64,000 nt of DNA from Endomicrobiia bacterium (GCA_025059805.1 JANXDG010000050.1:18157-82156), one strand, 5' to 3'. Counted from the stretch's first letter, positions 10,109-18,544 are shown. Numbers and translations are program-made. The notes: generated from the sequence alone by a model not told the origin.

Positions 10109-11275
10109 CTATTTCAATATTTTTAACAACTCGTGATAAACTCTAACAGGAGTTATTGTTTCCATACAATCAGGTTTTTTATCACAATTACGTCTATAAC
10201 ATACAACACAACTTTTATTAGAAACAATTTTTGTACCTAACCCATAAAGTTCTATCTCGTTTGCAGAAGTAGGACCAAAAAGTACAACCACTTTTTTCTT
10301 TAATGCCAATGCTATATGTAATGCTAAACTGTCAGAAGTGATAACTACGTCACAAAGGTTCACCAGAGAAAAAAATTGTCTTAATGTGTTATTACATCCT
10401 GTATCTATAATTTTAGTAGAGAGTAGCGGGTAGCGAGCAGTGAATAATGTAATAATTTTTTTATTTCTTTGTTCTTCTTTTACTCCGCCGAATAATAAAA
10501 TTTTAATTTCTTTACCCACATAATTCTTACTGCTCGCTATAAGTTTCATAAGTTCTACTGTTTGGGGAACAGGATATTCTTTTTTCTCCCATTTGTCACC
10601 GCCGCCAAGATTTATACCAACAAAAACAAATTTTTTAGATTTTTCATTATTAGAAACATACGGTTCTATAAAATTTTTTGCGAACAATTTTTCTTCATCG
10701 GTTAGTTTAATTATAATAGGATATTCTGAAGAAGATAAATCTTTAAACTCTAAAATTTCCATCAAATATTGTTGATAAGTTTTTTGATTTTTTTTCTTCA
10801 ACAAGTCATTGTGACTTAGGTCAAACCATTGTTTTGCAGCATCGTTTGAACATAAAATTCTATTATCGCCATCTAAATAAAAACCATAAATTTGTTTAGC
10901 AAAAATATTCCTTGTTAACCGCAACGCGTCAAGATCAAGGTCAAGGTTTATCATAATGTCAAATTTTTCACTAAATAAAAGAAAAGATTGACTTAATGGT
11001 ATAACTTCATTAATATAAGAGTTATTATACAAAACTTCAACTGCGTTGTCCTCCGTTATCCAGGTAAGTTTTGAGTTTTTCCATCGTGTATGAATAGGTT
11101 TAAGAATACAAGTTGTACGGACAACATCGCCTATCGCTGCAAGTTTTATCACCAAGATTTTTTTATTTACAGGTTTATAAAATTTACAATTTGCACATAC
11201 TACACTTGCATTATCCTTATGAAACTTACAAGGTCTGTCAGAAAGAAAATAAATACAATCTTGTTTATAATTCAT
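10109..11275 (-). CDS. Glycosyltransferase family 9 (LPS heptosyltransferase-like) with Cys-rich N-terminus
   Basis: IKLAAIGDVVRT, DSLALHIA, LFGPT and CxxC. Confidence 0.85.
   Translation of the reverse strand: MNYKQDCIYFLSDRPCKFHKDNASVVCANCKFYKPVNKKILVIKLAAIGDVVRTTCILKPIHTRWKNSKLTWITEDNAVEVLYNNSYINEVIPLSQSFLLFSEKFDIMINLDLDLDALRLTRNIFAKQIYGFYLDGDNRILCSNDAAKQWFDLSHNDLLKKKNQKTYQQYLMEILEFKDLSSSEYPIIIKLTDEEKLFAKNFIEPYVSNNEKSKKFVFVGINLGGGDKWEKKEYPVPQTVELMKLIASSKNYVGKEIKILLFGGVKEEQRNKKIITLFTARYPLLSTKIIDTGCNNTLRQFFSLVNLCDVVITSDSLALHIALALKKKVVVLFGPTSANEIELYGLGTKIVSNKSCVVCYRRNCDKKPDCMETITPVRVYHELLKILK
10415..10449. repeat. Degenerate heptamer tandem repeat inside the GT9 gene
   Basis: agtagag agtagcg ggtagcg agcagtg aataatg; encodes ITLFTARYPLLST. 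Confidence 0.6.
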
Positions 11276-11279
11276 TTTA

Positions 11280-12101
11280 TTAAACTCTTACTTGAATACC
11301 AGCAGAGTTCATTGCAGTTTTCACTTTTTTTATAGAATACTTTTTATAATGAAACACTGAAGCTGCAAGCACTGCGGAAACTTTTGCCTTCTTTACAACC
11401 TCTATAAAATGTTCTATTTTGCCAGCACCGCCTGAAGCTATGACAGGTATATTTACTGCATCAACTACTGCTTTTGTAAGTTCAACATCGTATCCTTGAT
11501 TAGTACCATCAGCATCTATACTTGTAAGCAAAATCTCGCCAGCACCAAGTTTCTCAACTTTCCTTGCCCAAAATACTGCATCTAACCCTGTTGGTGTTGA
11601 CCCTGCATTTATATATACTTCCCACTTCTTGCTTTCAACTTTTGATCGTGAACTGTGAACTGTGAACCGTGAACTATGAACTGTGAACTGTGAACCGTGA
11701 ACTAACTTAGCATCTATCGCCACAACTATACATTGTGAACCAAACATTTTCGCAGCTTGTTTCACAAAATCAGGATTTTTAACAGCAGCAGTGTTTATTG
11801 CAACTTTATCCGCACCTGAGTTCAACAAATCACGAATATCATCTAAACTTTTAACACCACCACCTACTGTTAACGGTACAAAAACATTTTGTGCTGTACG
11901 TTTTACCACATCTAACAATATTTGTCTTTTCTCAATTGTCGCTGTAATGTCTAAAAAAACAATTTCGTCTGCTCCTTCGTCAGAATACCATTTCGCAAGT
12001 TCCACAGGGTCACCCGCATAACGTAAATTCTTAAAATGAATACCTTTTACAACTTTACCTTCTTTTACATCAAGACATGGAATTATTCGTATTGTGTACA
12101 T
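11280..12101 (-). CDS. hisF: Imidazole glycerol phosphate synthase cyclase subunit, with a repeat-derived insertion
   Basis: [27 protein letters not shown] and IASGGAG. Confidence 0.97.
   Translation of the reverse strand: MYTIRIIPCLDVKEGKVVKGIHFKNLRYAGDPVELAKWYSDEGADEIVFLDITATIEKRQILLDVVKRTAQNVFVPLTVGGGVKSLDDIRDLLNSGADKVAINTAAVKNPDFVKQAAKMFGSQCIVVAIDAKLVHGSQFTVHSSRFTVHSSRSKVESKKWEVYINAGSTPTGLDAVFWARKVEKLGAGEILLTSIDADGTNQGYDVELTKAVVDAVNIPVIASGGAGKIEHFIEVVKKAKVSAVLAASVFHYKKYSIKKVKTAMNSAGIQVRV
11627..11703. repeat. Heptamer tandem repeat (GTGAACT)n, in frame inside hisF
   Basis: 8 near-perfect RTGAACY units at 11648-11703 plus about 3 degenerate units; encodes [22 protein letters not shown]. 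Confidence 0.95.
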
Positions 12102-12115
12102 AAAAATTTATTTAG

Positions 12116-12976
12116 TCATTTATGCAATAATAAAATTATTATGTCCACTATTAACAAAACTACAAAACCTGACAAACCTAACATACCAACTATAAATTCA
12201 TTACCGCCTTTCAAAAACAATATTGAAATTCCATATGTTGCATTTAAAGTACCATGAAGGATAGAAGTTGCAATCACAGAACCTGATTTAAATCGTATAT
12301 AGTTAAAAATTGGTGAATATAAAACACAAAAAATTATCATCCATAAAACACCTAAAGTAGGATTACTTGGATAATTATGTCCCTGTAGAATCAACGGTAT
12401 ATGCCACACTCCCCAAATAAATCCTGTCATTGTTGAAACTTTCCAGAAGTTAAGTTTCTGAGATAACTCATTAAATAAAAACCCGCGCCAACCTATCTCT
12501 TCACCAAACGCTACTAATGCGTTTATAGTAGCACCTGCGACTAACGATTGTAAACTCCATACCACTACAGGACTAACCTGTGCTGAATCAAACTGTGTTC
12601 TTATTTGCCTTAATTGTTCTTGTGACATTGTTTTACCTAATCTTTCAAAAAACGCTTCCATATCTACTGAAACTTCTATCCCTGGAAACAAACTTGCTAT
12701 ACCAATAGATGCATAAGACAAAACTAATGGCAACAACCATGCAACTAAAAACCAAAAATTAACTTTGAACTTAATCCCACAAGTATCATTAACATCATTA
12801 TGATAAAAAATCCTTTCAATAACTATTACAGAAATTAACGGACAAAACATATACAAAACTGCCACAAGGATACCTGTACTACTATTCCACTTACCTCCAA
12901 TAAGAGGAAATCCTATACCTATCAGCCAACTTAGTATGAATGTAAATACTAAAAATCTTATGGCACGCTCAGTCAT
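12116..12976 (-). CDS. CPBP/CAAX family intramembrane protease
   Basis: EEIGWRG, WGVWH and HGTLN motifs; multiple TM helices. Confidence 0.9.
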   Translation of the reverse strand: MTERAIRFLVFTFILSWLIGIGFPLIGGKWNSSTGILVAVLYMFCPLISVIVIERIFYHNDVNDTCGIKFKVNFWFLVAWLLPLVLSYASIGIASLFPGIEVSVDMEAFFERLGKTMSQEQLRQIRTQFDSAQVSPVVVWSLQSLVAGATINALVAFGEEIGWRGFLFNELSQKLNFWKVSTMTGFIWGVWHIPLILQGHNYPSNPTLGVLWMIIFCVLYSPIFNYIRFKSGSVIATSILHGTLNATYGISILFLKGGNEFIVGMLGLSGFVVLLIVDIIILLLHK

Positions 12977-12995
12977 AATTAGTTTATATCAAAAA

Positions 12996-13619
12996 TTACA
13001 ACAACTCAAAATATTTCATTATGTTACTAAGCAGTTTCAAACCTTTATCACCACTTTTTTCAAGATGAAACTGTGTCGCAACAAGATTGTTTTTAACTAT
13101 CATTGAACAAAATTTCACACCATAACACGTAGTAGCAAAAACAATATTTTTCTCAGACACCAAAGGATAATATGAATGAACAAAATAAAAATATTCTTCA
13201 TCTCGTAATCCAGCAAGTAGTGCTGTATTTTTATTTTTAAACCTTACAATGTTCCAACAAATATGTGGAACAGGTAGTCCTCGTGTAGAAAACTTTACTA
13301 CCTTTCCACTAACTAAACTAAGACCTTTAACATCTTTTGCTTCCTCACTTGAATTAAACACAAGCTGAATACCAAGACAAATACCTAATATTGGTTTACC
13401 AAGAGAAAAAAATTTTTTTATTTCTTCATCCAACCCAGTACTATTTAACATCTTCATTGCAGAACCAAAATTGCCAACACCTGGTAAAATTAAAACATCA
13501 CAGTTTTTTATCGGCGAAGAATTAATAATCAGAGGTTGGTAACCTAAAACATCTATCGCTTTGCTTATACTCATCAAATTGCCAGCACCATAGTTTATAA
13601 TACCAACTTTTCTAATCAC
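12996..13619 (-). CDS. hisH: Imidazole glycerol phosphate synthase glutaminase subunit
   Basis: LPGVG, GICLG, YFVHSY and QFHLEKS. Confidence 0.95.
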   Translation of the reverse strand: MIRKVGIINYGAGNLMSISKAIDVLGYQPLIINSSPIKNCDVLILPGVGNFGSAMKMLNSTGLDEEIKKFFSLGKPILGICLGIQLVFNSSEEAKDVKGLSLVSGKVVKFSTRGLPVPHICWNIVRFKNKNTALLAGLRDEEYFYFVHSYYPLVSEKNIVFATTCYGVKFCSMIVKNNLVATQFHLEKSGDKGLKLLSNIMKYFELL

Positions 13620-14506
13620 TTCAATGCTCCAACTATTTGATCTAAAGTTAACTTTTCTTTCTTAAGATAATTTGTTAAAAATTTTATACATTCAACTGGA
13701 AGTTGAGGATTACGAAAATAACCACTACCAATTTGTACTGCTTTCGCTCCTAATAACAAATACTCAATAACATCTCTTGGAAATAATACACCGCCACACG
13801 CAATTATGTCTATATTAAAATTTTTACCAATATCATATACCCATCTTTGTACTAACGGTTTTATACCAGGACCAGAGTAACCACCGTATTTGTTAGCAAG
13901 TCTAAACTTTCTTTTCTCATAATCAACAGCAATACCAGTATAAGTATTAAAAAGCGTCACAGCATCTATCCCGCAATCTACAACTATCTTAACCCACACC
14001 TCAATATCAATTTCAGGAGTAAGTTTCGCAATAAGCGGTTTTTTAGTAGCCTCTCGTAAATTTCTCAACATAATAGCCAGAATTTTTTTATCATAAAACC
14101 ATCTACCTTTCTCAACATTTGGACAAGAAAGATTTAACTCGTACGCATCAAAAATTTTATACTCTTCTAATTTCTTAAGTATAACAACAAACTCTTCATC
14201 AGTATAACCTAACAAACTTGCAATCTTTATAGTCTTTACCCTCTTGATATACTTAATTTTTTCAATTAGATTCTCCACACCAGGATTTTCTAAACCAATA
14301 GAATTAAGCATACCATAAGAAAAATCAACCACGCGCGGTGTAGGGTTACCACTGCGAGGTTCAAACGTAACTGTCTTAAACACCACAGCACCACATTTGT
14401 TAAGAACACCTACATTTTCTTCACCAAAACCGCACACACCTGAAGCTACAATTACAGGATTCTCAAGGTTTAACTTTGCAACGGAAGTTTTAAGGCAGGT
14501 AACCAT
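13616..14506 (-). CDS. pyrD: Dihydroorotate dehydrogenase family 1, catalytic subunit
   Basis: GNPTPR, NSIGLENPG, ELNLSCPN and GGYSG. Confidence 0.9.
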   Translation of the reverse strand: MVTCLKTSVAKLNLENPVIVASGVCGFGEENVGVLNKCGAVVFKTVTFEPRSGNPTPRVVDFSYGMLNSIGLENPGVENLIEKIKYIKRVKTIKIASLLGYTDEEFVVILKKLEEYKIFDAYELNLSCPNVEKGRWFYDKKILAIMLRNLREATKKPLIAKLTPEIDIEVWVKIVVDCGIDAVTLFNTYTGIAVDYEKRKFRLANKYGGYSGPGIKPLVQRWVYDIGKNFNIDIIACGGVLFPRDVIEYLLLGAKAVQIGSGYFRNPQLPVECIKFLTNYLKKEKLTLDQIVGALK

Positions 14507-14543
14507 TTTTGTTTAGCACTTATTCTTTTGAGATAAAAAAGGA

Positions 14544-14616
14544 AGGTGCGGGTGGGATTTGCACCCACGAATCGCGGTTTTGCAGACCGCTCCCTTATCT
14601 ACTTGGGTACCGCACC
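14544..14616 (-). tRNA. tRNA-Cys(GCA)
   Basis: GGTGCGG/CCGCACC-U73 acceptor, GCGGT-CT-GCA-AA-ACCGC anticodon arm; atypical TGCAAAT T-loop. Confidence 0.9.
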
Positions 14617-14659
14617 GTTTTTCCTCAAAAAATCAAGGTTAACATTTAAAATTTAAAAT

Positions 14660-14688
14660 AGTATATTTTATTCGGAATAAAATGTCAA
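14660..14688 (-). promoter_or_regulatory. Near-consensus sigma70 promoter for tRNA-Cys-pyrD-hisH, with a palindromic spacer
   Basis: TTGACA-N17-TATACT; ATTTTATTC-G-GAATAAAAT inverted repeat at 14665-14683. Confidence 0.7.
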
Positions 14689-14734
14689 TATTTCTCACTT
14701 TTTCACTAATTAGGCAGTTTAATAAAGGATTTGA

Positions 14735-14989
14735 CTATTACATGTATATTATACATATATATTAACCAAGGAAATCTATTGTAAAACTTCATGTGAAAAA
14801 GAAGGTAAGTTTGAAGATGCATTACAAAATTACTTGAAGTTCTTCAAATTAAGAAAGGATTTGTTATCCTTAATGCCTAAAGAATTACAACTAACTTATC
14901 TTAAATCACAAAATAGGAAACAACTAAACAAAGAAATAATAAATCTCTGTAACAAACTGCAAAAGTCAGTCCCTACAGATGTGCAATAA
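14735..14989 (+). pseudogene. Possible remnant (C-terminal fragment) of a TPR-like protein gene
   Basis: About 84-codon open frame with no proper 5' start: ...CEKEGKFEDALQNYLKFFKLRKDLLSLMPKELQLTYLKSQNRKQLNKEI... Confidence 0.35.
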
Positions 14990-15252
14990 GAATACTTTTC
15001 TATACAAAACAGTCGAACTTAAAAAATCAAAAAACTTCTCATCATAAAATTCTGAGGTGGTTCTTAAATTAAAACAGGACAAAAATATTGCCCTGTATAG
15101 CAAAATAAAACAGGTAATGTTGAGGATATTTAATTGTTCAGCAATTAGCAGATAGTAGTTATAGATAAATCAGGTTTCTTTTGTTTTACTTTTCCCCTGC
15201 AAGGGAAGAAGTAGGTTTAGACACTTTACTTTATTGTAGAAAAAAATAATGA

Positions 15253-15272
15253 AACCTAAAGGTTGCAGCTAC
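15253..15272 (-). repeat. REP-like palindromic element (GTAG + hairpin)
   Basis: Minus strand reads GTAGCTGC-AACCT-TT-AGGTT; an opposing GTAG is on the + strand at 15236. Confidence 0.45.
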
Positions 15273-15503
15273 TATTAAGTAAATCGGTGGAAAATATAAA
15301 AATAGAAAAAAGTAACAGAGGTCATCGGTTAGCGAGTAACGGTAAGGATAAAATACGAACTTGAAGGCTATCACTGTAAATAGTTTTTTTAGGTGGATAG
15401 GTTTTAAAAAAATTTTAGTCAGAAATGTTCACTCGTTCAAACACCGACATATTAAAACAACATACCAGACTAGGTATACCACTAATTGAAAAGCAAAAGA
15501 TAA

Positions 15504-15577
15504 TTGCGGGGGGTGGATTTGAACCACCGACCTCAAGGTTATGGGCCTTGCGAGCTACCGGGCTGCTCCACCCCGCG
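15504..15577 (-). tRNA. Initiator tRNA-fMet(CAT)
   Basis: CGCGGGGTGGAGCAGCCCGGTAGCTCG start, C1:A72 mismatch, anticodon arm CAAGG-CC-CAT-AA-CCTTG. Confidence 0.95.
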
Positions 15578-15609
15578 GTTAAGTTATGATAAGATTACAA
15601 AATTTTTGT

Positions 15610-15963
15610 TTATACTTCAATATATTCTTCTTTGATAAATCTTTTATACCAACATTCAAACTCTTCCGGTCGTACAAGATGTAACTGAAACGGAGAAAAA
15701 GAACCTATTCTTTTTTTAATCTCCGTGCGGATATGTCTATTCTCTTGCCAGTTTGTTGAAAGGTTCTCTGAGATTATCAAAATATCAATATCGCTTAACG
15801 GTGTATAATTCTTTTTCACTACAGAACCAAACACTAAAACACGTGCTGTACCTAAAAGTTCAACTGCTATCTGTTTTATTTTATTTGCATAAAATTCTAT
15901 GTTCTCAAAATACTTTTTTTTCTCTTCCAAAACTTTCTTACTGATTAACATCAAATCTTTCAT
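15610..15963 (-). CDS. Minimal nucleotidyltransferase (MNT), putative antitoxin
   Basis: VLVFGSVV...SDIDILI (GS-x10-DxD); overlaps the HEPN gene. Confidence 0.85.
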   Translation of the reverse strand: MKDLMLISKKVLEEKKKYFENIEFYANKIKQIAVELLGTARVLVFGSVVKKNYTPLSDIDILIISENLSTNWQENRHIRTEIKKRIGSFSPFQLHLVRPEEFECWYKRFIKEEYIEV

Positions 15964-16342
15964 TTAGTTTTTCTTCTATAAACTTAAAAAATTTTTTACA
16001 GTTTTCAAGCAATGCTGAAACTAAACTCCTATTAAACTCTTTTGGTAAATATCTTGAAGTAAAATAAGCATCGGACAAATCATCAAAAAATATTTCGTTG
16101 TTTTCGTAAAATTCATAGAATTCTTTGTCCTCTTCTATTTCAGCTAGTTTTTTAAAAAGGTCAGGTAGGTAGTGAATTTTAGGCCACTCACCTACTTTTT
16201 TCGCAATTAAGTATTTTATATATAACTGAACTGCCTGTTCTAAACTAAATGCTGCCAGATTGTATTTCCCTTCGTTGAAGAGTCGGTTAGCTTCATCCCA
16301 GAACTCTTTCGCTCGTTGTTTCAGAAAATCAATTTTTTCCAT
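15938..16342 (-). CDS. HEPN domain protein paired with MNT (likely start MEKIDF at 16342)
   Basis: A..L...G.YNLAAFSLEQAVQLYIK, PKIHYL and YFTSRY match the COG2250-type HEPN pattern. Confidence 0.85.
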   Translation of the reverse strand: MEKIDFLKQRAKEFWDEANRLFNEGKYNLAAFSLEQAVQLYIKYLIAKKVGEWPKIHYLPDLFKKLAEIEEDKEFYEFYENNEIFFDDLSDAYFTSRYLPKEFNRSLVSALLENCKKFFKFIEEKLNERFDVNQ

Positions 16343-16352
16343 AAAAAGATAT

Positions 16353-17054
16353 TCATTCAGTATATTCAAACTTATACCCAATGTTCTCAACTGTTTTTAT
16401 ATACTTACCAATCTCTTCACCTAGTTTCTTCCTCAGGTTCATCACATGGACATCAAGAGTACGGGTTTTCTCCATTTCCTGTTCGTCAGAATATCCCCAA
16501 AGTGTTTTCAGCAAAAATTTGCGGTCAAGAACACGATTCTGATTTTTCATTAACAAATATAGAAGTTGAAACTCTTTAGGCGTAAGTTCTATTCTTTGTG
16601 GTTGTAACACTGTAACTGTGTAACTATCAACATCTATTGTCAAAGGTCCTATAGTAATAACTTCGTGAGGTTTACCACCAAAAATTTCAACTCGTCGCAG
16701 TAAAGCTTTAATTCTAACTAAAAGTTCCCTTGGTTCAAAAGGTTTCACAATATAATCATCAGCGCCACATTCAAAACCTATTAGCTTATCCTCTGTACTA
16801 CTACGTGCTGTCAACATTATTACAGGTATTGTTTGAAACCTAAAGTCTGCTTTTATTTCTCTACAAAGATCTATACCATCACAGTCAGGTAAAGTTAAAT
16901 CCAGTAGTATAAGATCAGGCGAATAAAGTAAAATTTTTTTTACAACATCTTTACCTACGTAAGAGTGTATCACATCAAACTCTGCCGATTTTAATACTTG
17001 ACTAATAAATTCAGCTGTTTCTTGATCATCCTCAATTATTAAAATTTTTGTCAT
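16353..17054 (-). CDS. OmpR/PhoB-family response regulator
   Basis: IEDD, LLDLTLP, MLTA, KPF; winged-helix LTPKEF and RTLDVHVMNLRKKL. Confidence 0.93.
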   Translation of the reverse strand: MTKILIIEDDQETAEFISQVLKSAEFDVIHSYVGKDVVKKILLYSPDLILLDLTLPDCDGIDLCREIKADFRFQTIPVIMLTARSSTEDKLIGFECGADDYIVKPFEPRELLVRIKALLRRVEIFGGKPHEVITIGPLTIDVDSYTVTVLQPQRIELTPKEFQLLYLLMKNQNRVLDRKFLLKTLWGYSDEQEMEKTRTLDVHVMNLRKKLGEEIGKYIKTVENIGYKFEYTE

Positions 17055-17062
17055 AACAAGTG

Positions 17063-17123
17063 ATTTTTACAAATTTTTAATCATAAATTCAATATTGACT
17101 CAAAAATAATTTTTTTATATCTT
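17063..17123. promoter_or_regulatory. Putative back-to-back promoters for the response regulator (-) and moaA (+)
   Basis: + strand TTGACT-N17-TATCTT, 7 nt before the moaA ATG; - strand TTGAAT-N17-TAAAAA, 9 nt before the regulator ATG. Confidence 0.45.
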
Positions 17124-17130
17124 TTCAAAT

Positions 17131-18078
17131 ATGCTTATTGATAAGTATGGTAGAAAAATTACATATCTTCGTGTGTCAGTCACTGAACGATGTAATTTCA
17201 ACTGTACTTACTGTAGTTCAACTGACCCTACTGAAAGTGTTAATGAAGTTTCTTTAGAAGACTATCTTAGAATAATAAAAGTTTTATCTCATCTTGGTAT
17301 TAACAGAATACGTCTTACAGGTGGTGAACCTTTTCTTCGCACTGATTTTGTTGAGTTTATATCAGAAATTAAAAAATTAAATATAGATGTTGCAATAACT
17401 ACAAACGCCTCCTTACTTTCGGAAAGCATAATTACTAAATTAGACAAACTTAATATAAAAAGATTTAATGTCTCACTTGATACACTCAATAAGAATAGGT
17501 TTTACGAAATTACCAAGACTCGCCTGTTAAACCGTGTGATTGAGAATATAAAAATTTTATCTTCGTACGATATAAATCTAAAATTAAATTGTGTAATTAT
17601 GAAAAGTATAAATTCTGATGAAGTTGAAGAATTTATAGAGTTTGCCAGTAAACATAACGCAATTATAAGATTTATAGAACTGATGCCAATTGGTCCTCAC
17701 TATAATAAACAATTATTTCTTCCTTTAACAGAAATTATAGACAAACTAATTAAGAAAAAAAAATTGAAAGAAATAACACCTGATTATGGTTATTTTGACA
17801 ATCTTGGTCCTGGAAGATATTTTATATATAACTTAAACAAAATTATAGGATTTATCACTCCACTGTCAAATCCGTTTTGTAACAATTGCAATAGACTACG
17901 TATCACTTCAAAACTTACTCTTAGGTCTTGTTTAGGATACAATTATGAAATAGACTTAAAAAATGTATCATCAGATGATGAAATAAAATTAAAAATCTTT
18001 GAAGCATTGCAAACAAAACCACAAAAATATTCGTTTGATACAACTATTAAAGATTGTATGCGTTCAATAGGTGGATAG
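17131..18078 (+). CDS. moaA: GTP 3',8-cyclase (radical SAM, molybdenum cofactor biosynthesis)
   Basis: YLRVSVTERCNFNCTYC, LTGGEP, FCNNCNRLR and C-terminal IGG. Confidence 0.95.
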   Translation: MLIDKYGRKITYLRVSVTERCNFNCTYCSSTDPTESVNEVSLEDYLRIIKVLSHLGINRIRLTGGEPFLRTDFVEFISEIKKLNIDVAITTNASLLSESIITKLDKLNIKRFNVSLDTLNKNRFYEITKTRLLNRVIENIKILSSYDINLKLNCVIMKSINSDEVEEFIEFASKHNAIIRFIELMPIGPHYNKQLFLPLTEIIDKLIKKKKLKEITPDYGYFDNLGPGRYFIYNLNKIIGFITPLSNPFCNNCNRLRITSKLTLRSCLGYNYEIDLKNVSSDDEIKLKIFEALQTKPQKYSFDTTIKDCMRSIGG

Positions 18079-18079
18079 T

Positions 18080-18535
18080 ATGAAAAAAAATATTTCAATG
18101 GTTGATATAACAAACAAACAACAGACATTACGTAAAGCAGTAGCTAAAGGAAGAATTTATTTTTCAAAAAAAGTTTATGAGTTAATAAAAAATAACGAGA
18201 TTCCAAAAGGTGATGTTTTATCAGTCGCACAGGTTGCTGGTGTGCTTGCTGCAAAAAATGTTTCTCACATCATACCTTTGACACATCCTATTAATATAAC
18301 TTACTGCAGGGTTACACCAAGCTTAGGAGTCGCTAATAAAAAATATTACTGTGATGTAATAACTGAAGTACAAGTTGAAGGTAAAACCGGTCCTGACATT
18401 GAAGCATTATTTGCCTGTGTGGTAAGTTTAGTTACAATTTATGATATGATAAAACAATTTTGTCCTGAAGCAAAAATTGACGATGTAAAACTTATATCAA
18501 AATCTGGCGGAAAAACAAATTTTTTAAGAAAATAA
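18080..18535 (+). CDS. moaC: Cyclic pyranopterin monophosphate synthase
   Basis: MVDIT, KGDVL, IPLTHP, KTG..EAL, TIYDM and KSGG. Confidence 0.93.
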   Translation: MKKNISMVDITNKQQTLRKAVAKGRIYFSKKVYELIKNNEIPKGDVLSVAQVAGVLAAKNVSHIIPLTHPINITYCRVTPSLGVANKKYYCDVITEVQVEGKTGPDIEALFACVVSLVTIYDMIKQFCPEAKIDDVKLISKSGGKTNFLRK

Positions 18536-18544
18536 AACTGCTAA

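Noticed and set aside
11627-11703. Tandem repeats (also 20967-21038) as a CRISPR array
   Set aside because: The units are 7-8 bp and contiguous with no unique spacers. There are no cas1/cas2 genes, and the Cas4-like domain is part of a GGDEF fusion.
11627-11703. HisF insertion as an intein or intron
   Set aside because: It is only about 21 aa, is repeat-derived, and has no intein C/S...HN termini or intron structure.
12116-12976. CPBP ('Abi') protease as a phage abortive-infection gene
   Set aside because: The family name is historical, and the gene sits between hisH and hisF with no defence context.
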